From: Octopus vulgaris
Taxonomy: Eukaryota
Reading direction: 5' to 3'
NCBI GenBank assembly: GCA_951406725.2
Contig: OX597816.1
Coordinates: 135,222,001-135,286,000 of the forward strand
DNA: 64,000 nucleotides
A program made the translations under genes and the position numbers. Under the pieces are notes generated by a model, which was not told the origin of the DNA, did no database searches, and saw only the letters and a program-made list of their open reading frames with translations. This document shows, piece by piece, positions 50,704-64,000 of this stretch. The number at the start of each line of letters is the position of its first letter. Position 1 is the stretch's first letter.

Positions 50704-53099
50704 GTTGTGGTTACTAAATAAATCAGGAAATAAAAAATGAAAACACAGATGACATACTTTTTTCATAACAGCTTTATCCCACCCAAAATGCATACACTGT
50801 CTATTTTTTTTTAATTTAGAAAAAAAAAAAAAAAATAGCGGAAACAAACTGTTCGACTACTTAGTGTAAATTTCCGGTGCCTGGAAGTTTTAAAATATTT
50901 TAATGGGAGTCTCCAAATTTACTCTCTTAAAGAATTGATACAAATTACTCTTTTAAGTTTATTTTAAGTATAAATACGTCATAACATACTAAAATCTCAA
51001 CATTTTATATACAACTGGAATGTATTGTAGACGGTGGTGATGAATAAGCCAAAAGCTTGTTCTAAACTTCTATTTTTTATTACAATTTTTTTTATATATG
51101 TTAAGATTGTCACATTGTTTGCAACGTTGAATTTATAATATAATCAAATTCTAGACCTGTTAACTTAGCGGTTCCCAGTTTTAGTCTTAAATGTAACTAT
51201 TGTCGTTAATGCCTTTTATAAACAACAGAAATCAATCAAACCAAGCGTTGAATAGTGAACCAAAAACCCGTGCCTTATTCAAGATTTCACTTTTCTCATT
51301 CATATCTTTGTTTCAATATATGTTCGATACTTCAAAAGATATTCCAGAAGATATCGGTAACATTCTAGCTTCAGCAACAGTAAAAAGCTTTAAGATATAA
51401 ACTAACGCTCGAGAACGATCAAAAATGTTTTTGAATTGGGGTGACAAACTAATGCTTAACATGCAATTTAGTGTCGTAAAAAAGTGAAAGTAAATGCGCC
51501 GGAAGTGACATTAGTGGAATTACACAATTTCATAATCACTAGCACCCATTTTTCACGAGCATTTCTGAAATAGCAGCTGGGGCACATCACTGCAACGTAG
51601 TATACATAAAAACGAACGTGAGTGTAAAGCCACAAGGATGCGATAGGCATTCGATAGGTAGGTTTCCTATGTTAGTTTAGGCCTTCAGATATAGTTGTGA
51701 AGTTGTGAAGCATTTAAAAAATGTTGTTGATCCAACAATGAGGGCATATATGCCATCGAAGGGCAGGAATACTCACCAAGAAGAAACTCAGGTGACAATA
51801 CGGAACATGTGATGCTTTATTTACTTCGAATCTATATGAACATATGTAGTAAAATAGGTTCAGAAACAGTGGGAAAATGCTACATGTACACTTTATGAAT
51901 CGTTTTTATGTTATATGATTATGTTTTCAAATTTTGCTACAAGGGCAGCCATTTTGGAGGAGGGGATAAGTCGATTATGTCGACCTCAGGGTTTTACTGG
52001 TACTTAATTTATTGACCCCCGAATGGATGAAAGGCAAAGTCAACCTCGGCGGAATTTGGACTCAGAACGTAACGACAGGCGAAAATACCGCATTTCGTCC
52101 GGCGCGCTAACGATTCTGTCCGCTCGCCGCCTTTCCATGTTACATAATTATAATGAAATTATGGTATTACCCTGTCGTCACTTCCGGTTTCTATCGCAAT
52201 TTACTTTCACTTTTTGTGGACACTAAACAGCATGCTAACTAAACTAATTCTTAATGTGCGGCTAAATCTGGTAGAGTTCACGCTTAGCATATGTAACGAA
52301 TCTTTGAATACGTAGAAGCATCGCTTCAACTGTTTCAGAGTCCGTCAAGGGCAAACTAAACAGGCGTAGCACATCCAGCATCTACAGGAGATTTTGAACA
52401 CTGTACTGAAGTCTATTAGACTACTTAGTAAATTTAAAGGGGCAAAGCACATTCATACAGTTCTACATACTCCTGAAAAGATGGGATGGTCATGGATGGA
52501 GAGTGAAAAAAGTAGTTGATGGTTCAGTATCCTGTGAACTCAGCCAACCTCGCTCTCATACAAAGAGTATCTTGATAATTGGTCGGAACCGCTAAGTTAC
52601 GGGAACGGAAACACACCAACATCGGTTGTGAAGCAGTGGTGGGGAGACACAAAGTAACACGCACACACACACACACGCACACACACACACATATGACAAG
52701 CTTCCTTCAGTTTCAGTCTACCAAATCCAAATCCACTCACAAAGCTTTAGTCAGTCCGAAGCTGTAGTAGAAGACATTCACCTAATGTGCCACGTAGTGG
52801 GTTTGAATCCAAAACCATGTGATTGGGAAGCAAGCTTCATACCACACAGTCATGCCTGCGCCTATAGTTCTTATACTTTTGTGATGTCGGGCGCGAAAAT
52901 ACCTTAAGCTAAGCCTGAAAACAATGAAGTCATAAAAGAATCATCCATAACTTGCAGTAAGCAAGATTTATTAAAATAAAAGTATTCAGAACACAGAATA
53001 ACATGTAGCAAAAACAATTTGCAAACATATTTACATTCCCATATAACAGTTAAGAACATTACCATTATTATATTACGCATGCGCGGAAGTGTTTGTTCG

Positions 53100-53569
53100 A
53101 CTAGATAATGCTGGCTTAATTACGCACGATGACGGAGATTTACACTACAATGATGCTGACATGTTTACTGAGGAACAAATGGAACAGTTATTTGATGCTG
53201 AAAGTGACGTTGAATTTGAAGGATTTGAATAAATGGTTTTGCTTTTGCTTTTGTAACTGATAGTGATAAATATGTAAAGGCAATTTACTTAATATTTATT
53301 TTTCACTGGCGTTATTAATGTTATTTCTTTATTTTCTTCAAACAAAATGCACAAAAAAGCTACACGTTTGCATTATGTTATATATACAATAACAATAAAG
53401 GACGTTACCGTATTCATTTTTACAAATCATGGACTTATATAGACCTCCTTGACTCAGGTTAGAGAAAGGGTGCGTATTATACACAAGGTTTAAGTTTTTC
53501 AGAGATACAGCCCTCTACAAATCCCCTGTGTATTATACTCAAGGGTGAACTATACTCGAGGATTTACGG
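53100..53569 (+). mobile_element. pogo/Tigger-like DNA transposon 3' end
   Basis: Acidic transposase tail EQLFDAESDVEFEGFE*; repeated subterminal tattatac motifs; terminus tatactcgaggatttacgg+TA. Confidence 0.65.
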
Positions 53570-53695
53570 TACAACAATTACAATGAACGTTAGTTATATA
53601 TCTTCTAAATGTTTATATATATTCTGTTACAGATAATCTATAAACATGAAATCTGGTACCTCATTTGCTTCCTAGAATAGTTTATTGTTGTTAAC

Positions 53696-53901
53696 TCTTC
53701 TTCTTCTTCTTCTTCTTCTTCTTCTTCTTCTTCTTCTTCTTCTTCTTCTTCTTCTTCTTCTTCTTCTTCTTCTTCTTCTTCTTCTTCTTCTTCTTCTTCT
53801 TCTTCTTCTTCTTCTTCTTCTTCTTCTTCTTCTTCTTCTTCTTCTTCTTCTTCTTCTTCTTCTTCTTCTTCTTCTTCTTCTTCTTCTTCTTCTTCTTCTT
53901 C
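53696..53901. repeat. pure (CTT)n microsatellite, ~200 bp
   Basis: Direct reading; source of the spurious poly-R/poly-L ORFs. Confidence 0.97.
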
Positions 53902-54664
53902 CTTCTTCCACGTCTCAGACGTTTATAGGGATGTTAAATTGATATCAGAACTTGACTTTATCAATCCCAAAATGATAAAAGGCAAAGTTAACCTTGGTTA
54001 GATCCTAAATACCGCAATACGATTTGTTCGACACTCTAACGACTCTGTCGGTCGTGTAAAAGAGAAAAGCTTAATATCCCACAACTGGCTTTCGCCTTTT
54101 ATGGCAAGATAGTTGAGTTGTGATTCTAAACTGGGGACCTGAGAGAAATAGCTCGAAATTCAGCAGAAGCCTCGCTAGAATATTATATTTTATCAAATAT
54201 TTTCTTATAATTGCGACATATTATCTAATAATTGGTGTGTGGAGTTTGCGATTATCTTCCTTCTTCACGAATTGATTTTTACACGTCACATAGCTATAAA
54301 AAGTGTAAACAAGCAAGACCATGTGACTAAGAAGCTCGTTCCAAAACTACATGGTTTCGGATTCGATCTCACTGCACATTACCTTGAGTGTGTTTTACAA
54401 TGGCCTCGAATAGAGTAAAGCCTTGTGAAATTCGAGAAACGGAAACTGTAAAAGCCCACAGGAAGGGCTGTACTTGTCCTCAAGTGGTAGCCTCAATCTA
54501 TTTCCCTGTTTAATGCCTTCATCTTTAGCGGAGTCCACTCTGTTGCAGGCTTTCCGACCAGGTCCCCTCGCTGGTGGATAAATCTCTTCGTTCCCAACAC
54601 TTGTTTCAGAAATCTCGAAAATGTCATAGGCACTGCTCTTCTTCCCCTAAGTCCTGAAAAAAGG

Positions 54665-54855
<191 letters not shown>

Positions 54856-55217
54856 ACCTGCCTATCTCACACGCGCACTTCCACCCACAAATTTATCCAA
54901 TTCTTCATTTCGAAATCTTTACTGACATATGTAATTTCACTATTGGACCCAATAGTTAATATGGTAAAGTATATTGATTTGACAATAATTGAACCGACTC
55001 TACATATAATAAATACTTATTTTATCGGATCTGAATGGGGTTTGAAATTGAACATTGAGAGACAGACCTAAAATCGATATCCTTTAGAAAGGCCTGACCA
55101 TATCTAATAAGTTTGAGGCTTTCTACAAGTGTAATAAAATCAGATTAAATCAGTTCGAATATATTTAAAAATTTTCCTCACATGAATAAGATAGTTATTA
55201 ATAATAAGAAAGTTTAA

Positions 55218-55431
55218 GGCAGCGAGGTGGCAGAATCGTTAGAATGCCAGGCGAAATGCTTAGCGGCATTTCGTCCGTCCTTACATTCTGAATTAAAAAT
55301 TTCCCCGGGGTCGATTTTGCCTTTCTTCCTCTTGGGGGTCGATAAAATAAGTACAAATTGTGCACAGGAGTCGATGTAATCGACTTACCACCGACCCTGA
55401 ATTTGCTGGCCTTCTTTCAAAATTTGAAACC
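55218..55431 (+). mobile_element. SINE family A with TSD
   Basis: ggcagcgaggtggcagaatcgttag...ttgaaacc; flanking duplication aataataagaaagtt. Confidence 0.87.
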
Positions 55432-56211
55432 AATAATAAGAAAGTTACCGTATTTTTCGTTATACAGCTTGAATTTTCCAGACAAAAACTTAGAGCCAAA
55501 GTCGACTTTGACAAAAACTTAGAGACCAAGTCGAAATTAAGACAGCTTTGGAGGACTAAAAGTTCCATGTGAAATGCAACAGGATTTGGTACGATAGAAA
55601 GGATGTTTGAATGCTCATATTACATGTTTATACTACATCGACTTGTATATCAGAAAATATGGTAGGTATTTACATCAGCTATTTAAACTAAAAGAACATT
55701 TTGGTCACTTGCAATTACGTTTTCCTGAAATAAAAGTAAACGAAAAGTTTTTTTTTAATGGACGTGGTGCCTTAAACTCGTATATAAAGATTTTTGTACT
55801 TTCTTTATCATATATATCTGTCTGGAGTCTACATGCTCATGAGATCGAAGCTTATCTATATTTTTAAGGCGTTAAGGTTGAAAGCACAATACATTCACGG
55901 TGATCGAGACGCGAGTCCATCGTAGAAGTAATTTCCAGGTACCACTGGTATTCAGTTTCATCTGTCTGCATAGAATCAACGTAAAATACTCAAATATGCA
56001 AGGCATCGCCCAGCCCAAGAACCGAATCCTCACTCAAATGACTGTAAGTCCGACACCTCTAGCCATTACGCCATGCGCCTTAACTTTTCACCATGTTTTT
56101 TTTTAATTCTGCCTGTCTTCTGTCTTCTATTATTTTAAAGCCACTAACGATTGATTCCTGTGGAGTAAAAGATTTGACGTGCTGTGCAAAGAGAATTTTA
56201 ATTGTGTACAC

Positions 56212-56268
<57 letters not shown>

Positions 56269-58299
56269 GGAGGGAGGGAGAGGGAAAGAAAAAAGGAGGG
56301 AGAGAGAGATAAAAGGGACAGAGAGATAAAAAGAGAGTTTCAAACACTTCTGGCACGTGCACATATACGAACGCTATTGGCGTGCACACATGCTGATACG
56401 CAGACGACAATCAACTGTGTGTGTATGTGTGAGAGAGAGATGGGGTATTGGCGCACACCAGAGCATTGGTATGCGTGTGAATCTATGTATGTGTATATGT
56501 GCACGTGTATGTAGCTTTTGTTTGGCTTTTTCTCACTGCCTAACGATTTAACACATGCCTTTTAGATCAAGTCATTATCTATTAGTAACCCTGTTCTTAA
56601 CTTTCTTCGTAAAATGAATCTAATCGTATGTCTTAGACATGGGGTTTTCCCGACTCTCTCTTTGTTAATAACTGTGTTCTTCAGTATCTTCGTAAAAGAG
56701 GTGTAACGGTATATCTTATATATTCGGAGTTTCCAACTTTCCATGTATTAATAACTGTATTCCTAACTTCCGTCATAAAAGATGTAAGACGAGATATCCT
56801 GGATACAACTGTTATAAACTTTATAACATCAGGTAATTCTTCAATTATTTTATAACTGAAACAGAGAAATAAGTACTAGGAATGAAGAGAAGAGAATCGA
56901 AAACAACGGGAAGTATTAACCCAGGAGAAAAGGAATTAAATTAATGCCAGAAATGGACCTAGCAGTTGTATGATGGATGACGAAGCTGAAGTTTATAAGG
57001 AAAAAATATATACTCCACGAGAATTGTTAATCAAGAAAGAAGGCAAAGAATGAAGAACGATGATGATAGGTAAGAATATCTTAGACAAGCCAGAATGACA
57101 AAACAGGCTTGAAAAGAAAAACATGGCCGAAGAAAATAGACAAAAGTTTCGAGAAATAAATTAAAGCATTATGCAAGAAATGACAGAAGCAGAGGGATAT
57201 TTATGGCTGAGACTGTGCCACAAAATTGGCCTATGGAATTTCCACGAGTATTGTTAGTAAATATAGATCTACTATCAAGAAAAGCGAAATATTTTACATA
57301 AAAAGCAAGTAGCAAAAATATAAATTTGTAAATGCCACCGTTGTGTATAAAAATAAAAGCATTGTAAACACTACTTCTATTATAGTGGACCGTTTAAATT
57401 TCTTTGAGATAATATGACAATAAATAAATATAAATAAATAAAGCCTTATTCATTACAAAAGAGGTATTTTGTTGGGGTAAAAATAATCTATTCTATAGAT
57501 TGTCTAGTAAATTTACATTACAGGAAAAGAGGTGAATATATTACAATCAGCTGAATTATCTAGATATGTTCTAGATTTCTATTTACTTACTGATACATAG
57601 ACGTGGGGGTGCTGCTTCAAAAAAGTCTTAGCCGTTGCTGCTTCAAAAAATTTTTTAGCCGTTGTTTTAATATTATGTAAAAGGAAACAAACATATAAAA
57701 ATAATATTTATACATAAACTTGATCGGTTCGCGTTTTAGCCACTGCCGGGTAGTGTGTTTAATTTGTTCACCGAACACTGCCGGGAATTCCCCCTTGTTT
57801 CCCCCCCCCCTAAATCACAAAATAAGAGGTGTGGGGAAATCTGCCCCATTTTTCAAATTCTGGCAGCAACACTGAAACTGGAAGCAGGATAATAATCTAA
57901 TTCTACACTGAATTCACATTCAAGAATATAAACAAGTCTTTAAGCACAACACACGCGGAGTCAGATAGAAACACTACCTTTCACCGGCACTGCCTGAACG
58001 ACAGTGCTATCTCTCCCAAGCGTGAAGCTTCCTATCTCGGACATGTGAGTATGTGCACAAAAGTCAAACACCGCGTTGCTGGAACTGTGAAGCGCACAGT
58101 TCTATTCAAGGATTTTTGTATTTTTTTCATAAACTAGAGGATGGCTACTGACATAAAGCTTAAGGAATATATAAAGTACAAGTATAAAGAAAGAATTAAA
58201 GGAAAAAGAGTACTCATTATATTGAATGTTATCGGTAATATCGAGAGGAAATAGGGGGTGCTGCAGTTCCTTAGTGCTTGTATACGACCCACCACTGAC

Positions 58300-58672
58300 C
58301 TATATACATATATACCCATATACATACACATACAAGCATATACAAATACATATATTCATATATATACGCATACACATGTACATTCATACATATATACGTA
58401 TAAATATACTTATATGCATACACACACACATATATGCATTCATATGAGCATAGACAAATACCCACAGATACACTCGTACATATTCATTTACACATAGTAT
58501 ATACATATACATACATACATATAAACATACATACATAATACATACATAGGTACGTACGTACGTACGTACATACATACATACATGCATGCATACATACATA
58601 CATACATACATACATACATACATACATACATACATACATACATACATACATACATACATACATACATACATA
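58300..58672. repeat. degenerate (CA/TA)n plus (CATA)n microsatellite
   Basis: Direct reading; similar tracts at 39349-39400, 43088-43290, 47030-47170, 47327-47500, 56214-56260, 59865-60010, 63590-63790. Confidence 0.9.
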
Positions 58673-58999
58673 CGCCACAGACATTTGTATCATTTCTCGG
58701 GTTTAATTTCAGTTTCAGAGCATTGAAACAATACAGATTAACCTTTTAAGGGGTTGTTGAATTATATAGGGTTACGAAGCATGAAAGCCTGGTATGCAAT
58801 CAGCTTAAGATATAAACAAAACAAATTTTCTCATAAGTTGCTGTCGTCTGCAGAAACTCCGTTTTATGTGTGCCGGAAGTTTTTCAATGACATCAATACG
58901 AGAAAGCTATGTTAGATAAATATTCTCGTAAAAACGATATTAGGAAATAAAATGGTTGATTCCATATTTTTTAAAACTTGTAAGTATTTAGAACATTTC

Positions 59000-60800
<1,801 letters not shown>

Positions 60801-62730
60801 TCTGAAATTCAAATATAGGAAGCAGCTTTAGCAATGCCAGTGATTAAAAATTTCCGCTGGTCTCATTAAACTTGAGAGTGTCTCAACATAAAGTCACTGC
60901 TAATTATAACCGACACCACGCGAAAGAGAACAGTTTACCATTAGGTTTTAGAAAAGATTTTGTATTGAAATTTTATGGTCACTGAAGACATCTTATATAT
61001 TTGTATGATTTATTTTCATAATTTTAAAATAACTGAAAAAGGCGTGGCTTTTTTTCTTTATAACTTAATAAAACTAATTAAAAAAAAGGTGTGCGTTTTT
61101 CTGTTCATCGTTGTAATATTTGGATGACTCCAATATCGATCACAAATAGTTCGCCAATAGCTATTGCTTCCAGGACGCATTTAGTCTTACTACTGATTGA
61201 CCTAGATTTTGATTTTTTTAAAAATCTTTTCTCAACTGAAGAATGGACACCATATTTTTACGAACTCAGTCTTATATAAAATAATTACAAAGTATGTGAT
61301 AGCTGTTTTCTTTTCCTTGATTGACAAATATCTTCAAAATGTCCCATTAAATGACAAACCTGACATTCACCTTGGCGTACAGGTCAGGCGAATATCAAAG
61401 AAAAGAATTTTCTACCAAAGTAACGCATACATTTTTTTTTTTTTCGTGATGAAAACTAGAGAAGGGAAGGTAGTTCAATTTGAATGGAATTCAAAAAGAG
61501 TTTCATGTTTTCACGTAAATACTAAGAGCTGCAAAATGTTAATTTTTCATAGTACTGATAGCTGCAAGTGAGCTGATATCAGAATAACAAGTATCATCAT
61601 CAGACGCACATTTGATAACCAAAACTTTTGAAGTAAAAGTCTCAAGGTGAAGCTCTGCCATTGTCATTAATTCTATATTAATCATTCCGAAACATTATTT
61701 TCAAATTTTGGCACACAGCCGGCGATCTCGGGGGTGGGTGTAATCGATGACATCGATCCAATGCTCAATTGGTACTTATTTTATTGACCCCTGAAAGGAT
61801 GAAAGGTAATGCCGACCTCGGCAGAATTTGAACTCAGAACTTACAGACGGACGAAATGCAGTTAAGCACTTTGTCCGGCATGTTACTTCCAGTTCGTTAC
61901 TTTTGCCAGTCCGAAATACTAAAAAAATAACGCACTAACGTCTCTTCGTACTTCTCGAGGTGATGTTTTTAACTTGATGTTTTAACATCTCTGCAAAGTG
62001 TTTCAATAATTTTCCTATGCGTTGATGGCCTTTCTGTCAGAGAATAACGAGCGCCGAGCATATATTACGAAGGTATTACCTAAGACAGTCATGGGCAAAC
62101 AGCAGCTAGCGGGACTTTCTGAATGGCACGCCGAAGCGAAAAATTACTTTGAATTTTTTAGTATTGCAGTCCATCTGGTGATGGGCAATGTCTCGTGCGA
62201 CTTGCTTCTTGATAAAGGTTGCCCATGCCTTCTATAAGATGTCGCGTGACCTGCTAGAAATAGCAGTCAAATCTCTCTCGAATCACACCCTACTGTCTTA
62301 AATGGGAATATTTTGAAATATAAAGCTTGCTATCCAGAAAACCGCGATGGTCATAGTTCTGCTCGACCAAAACTGACAACAAAAACAACATGTAACATAT
62401 AGATAATATTTTGCTATATATAATTCTTCCAGCTTCAGTTAATTGTGAAACAAACTGTTTATTGTCCTAAATTTTTCTTCGATATTTCACGTAAAGATGT
62501 GCTATTCAATAGAATAGATTTTTGTTACCCTAATTATACAATTATATCCAATGTGAGTTGGGAGGATAATTCTTCAGGAGGTTAAGTGATTAAATCATTC
62601 TACCTCATGAAAATTAAATCCCAACTTTGTTGCAGTCTTGGTGATAATTACATTCTATTTGCAAATTTCAGCCACTTTGTCGCAAAATTGACAAATCCTT
62701 TCTAGCTGTCATTATTATATTTGCTTATAA

Positions 62731-62943
62731 GGCGGCGAGCTGGCAGAATCGTTAGCACGTCAGGCGAAATGCTTAGCGGCATTTCGTCCATCTTCATGCT
62801 CTGAGTTTAAATTCCTCCGAAGTCGACTTTGTCTTTCATCCTTTCGGTAGATAAATTAAGTACCAGTGAAACACTGGAATTAATGTAATCGATTAGTCCC
62901 CTCCCACAAAATTTCAGGCCTTGTTTCTATAGTAGAAAGGATT
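62731..62943 (+). mobile_element. SINE family A, CpG-intact reference copy
   Basis: ggcggcgagctggcagaatcgttagcacg...gagtttaaattcc...gataaattaagtaccag...atagtagaaaggatt. Confidence 0.88.
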
Positions 62944-63395
62944 GTTTTCTTGTTTGTTTTTTTTTTCCCGAAAGGAACGGCATGTATTACACGAACAGCT
63001 TTCTCTAAGGTGTCTTATCATCAGGTGGCATCTTGGCCTGCAACCATATAATACAGCAATTGTGACTGGTCAGTTGCTTAATCAGAGCCTTCACATTACT
63101 GTCACGATGATGCTGATTGGCTAAACTCCTACAGTAATGCAGAAAGTAAGAAATAATTTTAACAAATTTTAATTTTTTTGGCATTGTTTTTGTTTGCTTT
63201 TGCTGATTAATGCGCTACTTTTTTGTATGTAGGCACGATCAGTTTTGAAATGTATGCATGCGTGCGCGCATGTGTATGTGTGTATGTATATAACTATCCA
63301 TTTACATATACATTCGGCCGCCTGAGCCCGACCAGCGAGGTTCCTGTGATTAGCCAGTGAAACTTCCCAAGAGCCGAAACAACTTGTTTTAAATG

Positions 63396-63446
<51 letters not shown>

Positions 63447-63616
63447 CCTACGTATGAATTAACTTGTTCTCGGAGTTGTAGTGTGAAACAAATAACTAAA
63501 AGCTGAATGATAACAGCCAAGCCAACGTTTGGTTTCAAATTACAACGTACTCTCTTAAAATAAGTTCACATCATATAATATCCTTTTGTATAATACACAC
63601 ACACACACACACACAC

Positions 63617-63676
<60 letters not shown>

Positions 63677-63751
63677 CTTACTTGGAGGAAACGAAACAAA
63701 ACGACGCGAGGGCGCTCAGTCATACAATAGTGTAATAATAAATAAAATATA

Positions 63752-63792
<41 letters not shown>

Positions 63793-64000
63793 TAGCTGAC
63801 ATACCCGGTAATTCCCGGGAAAGCGGGGCTTATCCTTTGGTTCCGTTCTCATTATTGTTTCGCTAATCCAATAACAACAATACAAAGTATGTAGCCCTTA
63901 AAACTATGAGATCATGTACACACCCCGGCCGAAATTAACTCTTTTGACCTCGCATACTTTTCCATTTACTAATTATACATACACCAGACGTTTGTAAAGA

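Noticed and set aside
53672-53942. Poly-Arg and poly-Leu ORFs
   Set aside because: Translations of the (CTT)n microsatellite; the same applies to the CV/HT/YI/RE-rich ORFs at 43.0, 46.8-47.6, 50.3, 56.1, 58.2, 59.8 and 63.6 kb.

Overview
AT-rich, microsatellite- and transposon-rich animal genomic DNA. The SINE/RTE/mariner repertoire suggests an octopus-type cephalopod (inference). Three spliced housekeeping genes can be assembled by hand with consistent intron phases. (1) The 3' four exons of RPUSD2 (+, join 1440-1493, 2329-2426, 5166-5507, 9330-9392). (2) A complete FBXO22 (+, join 12648-12763, 16455-16587, 20863-21061, 22398-22722, 23038-23440; 391 aa). (3) A complete MED27 (-, 8 exons, 39020 to 27904; 300 aa; one GC-AG intron). 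Introns and the apparently gene-free right 25 kb hold RTE, CR1, R4/Dong-like and Gypsy remnants, two mariners, pogo/Tigger, hAT and piggyBac-type MITEs, and at least three tRNA-derived SINE families. Most notable: two Penelope-type insertions carrying minimal hammerhead folds. One has a tRNA-like Pol III head fused to its pLTR; the other is a 222-bp ORF-less element whose core has a compensatory C3G/G8C swap. Also notable are a divergent 28S rRNA fragment between ETS/CRE-rich repeats, a tandem hairpin+pseudoknot array in an RTE 3' UTR, and a CpG-decay footprint of gene-body methylation. All calls are by eye; no searches were run.
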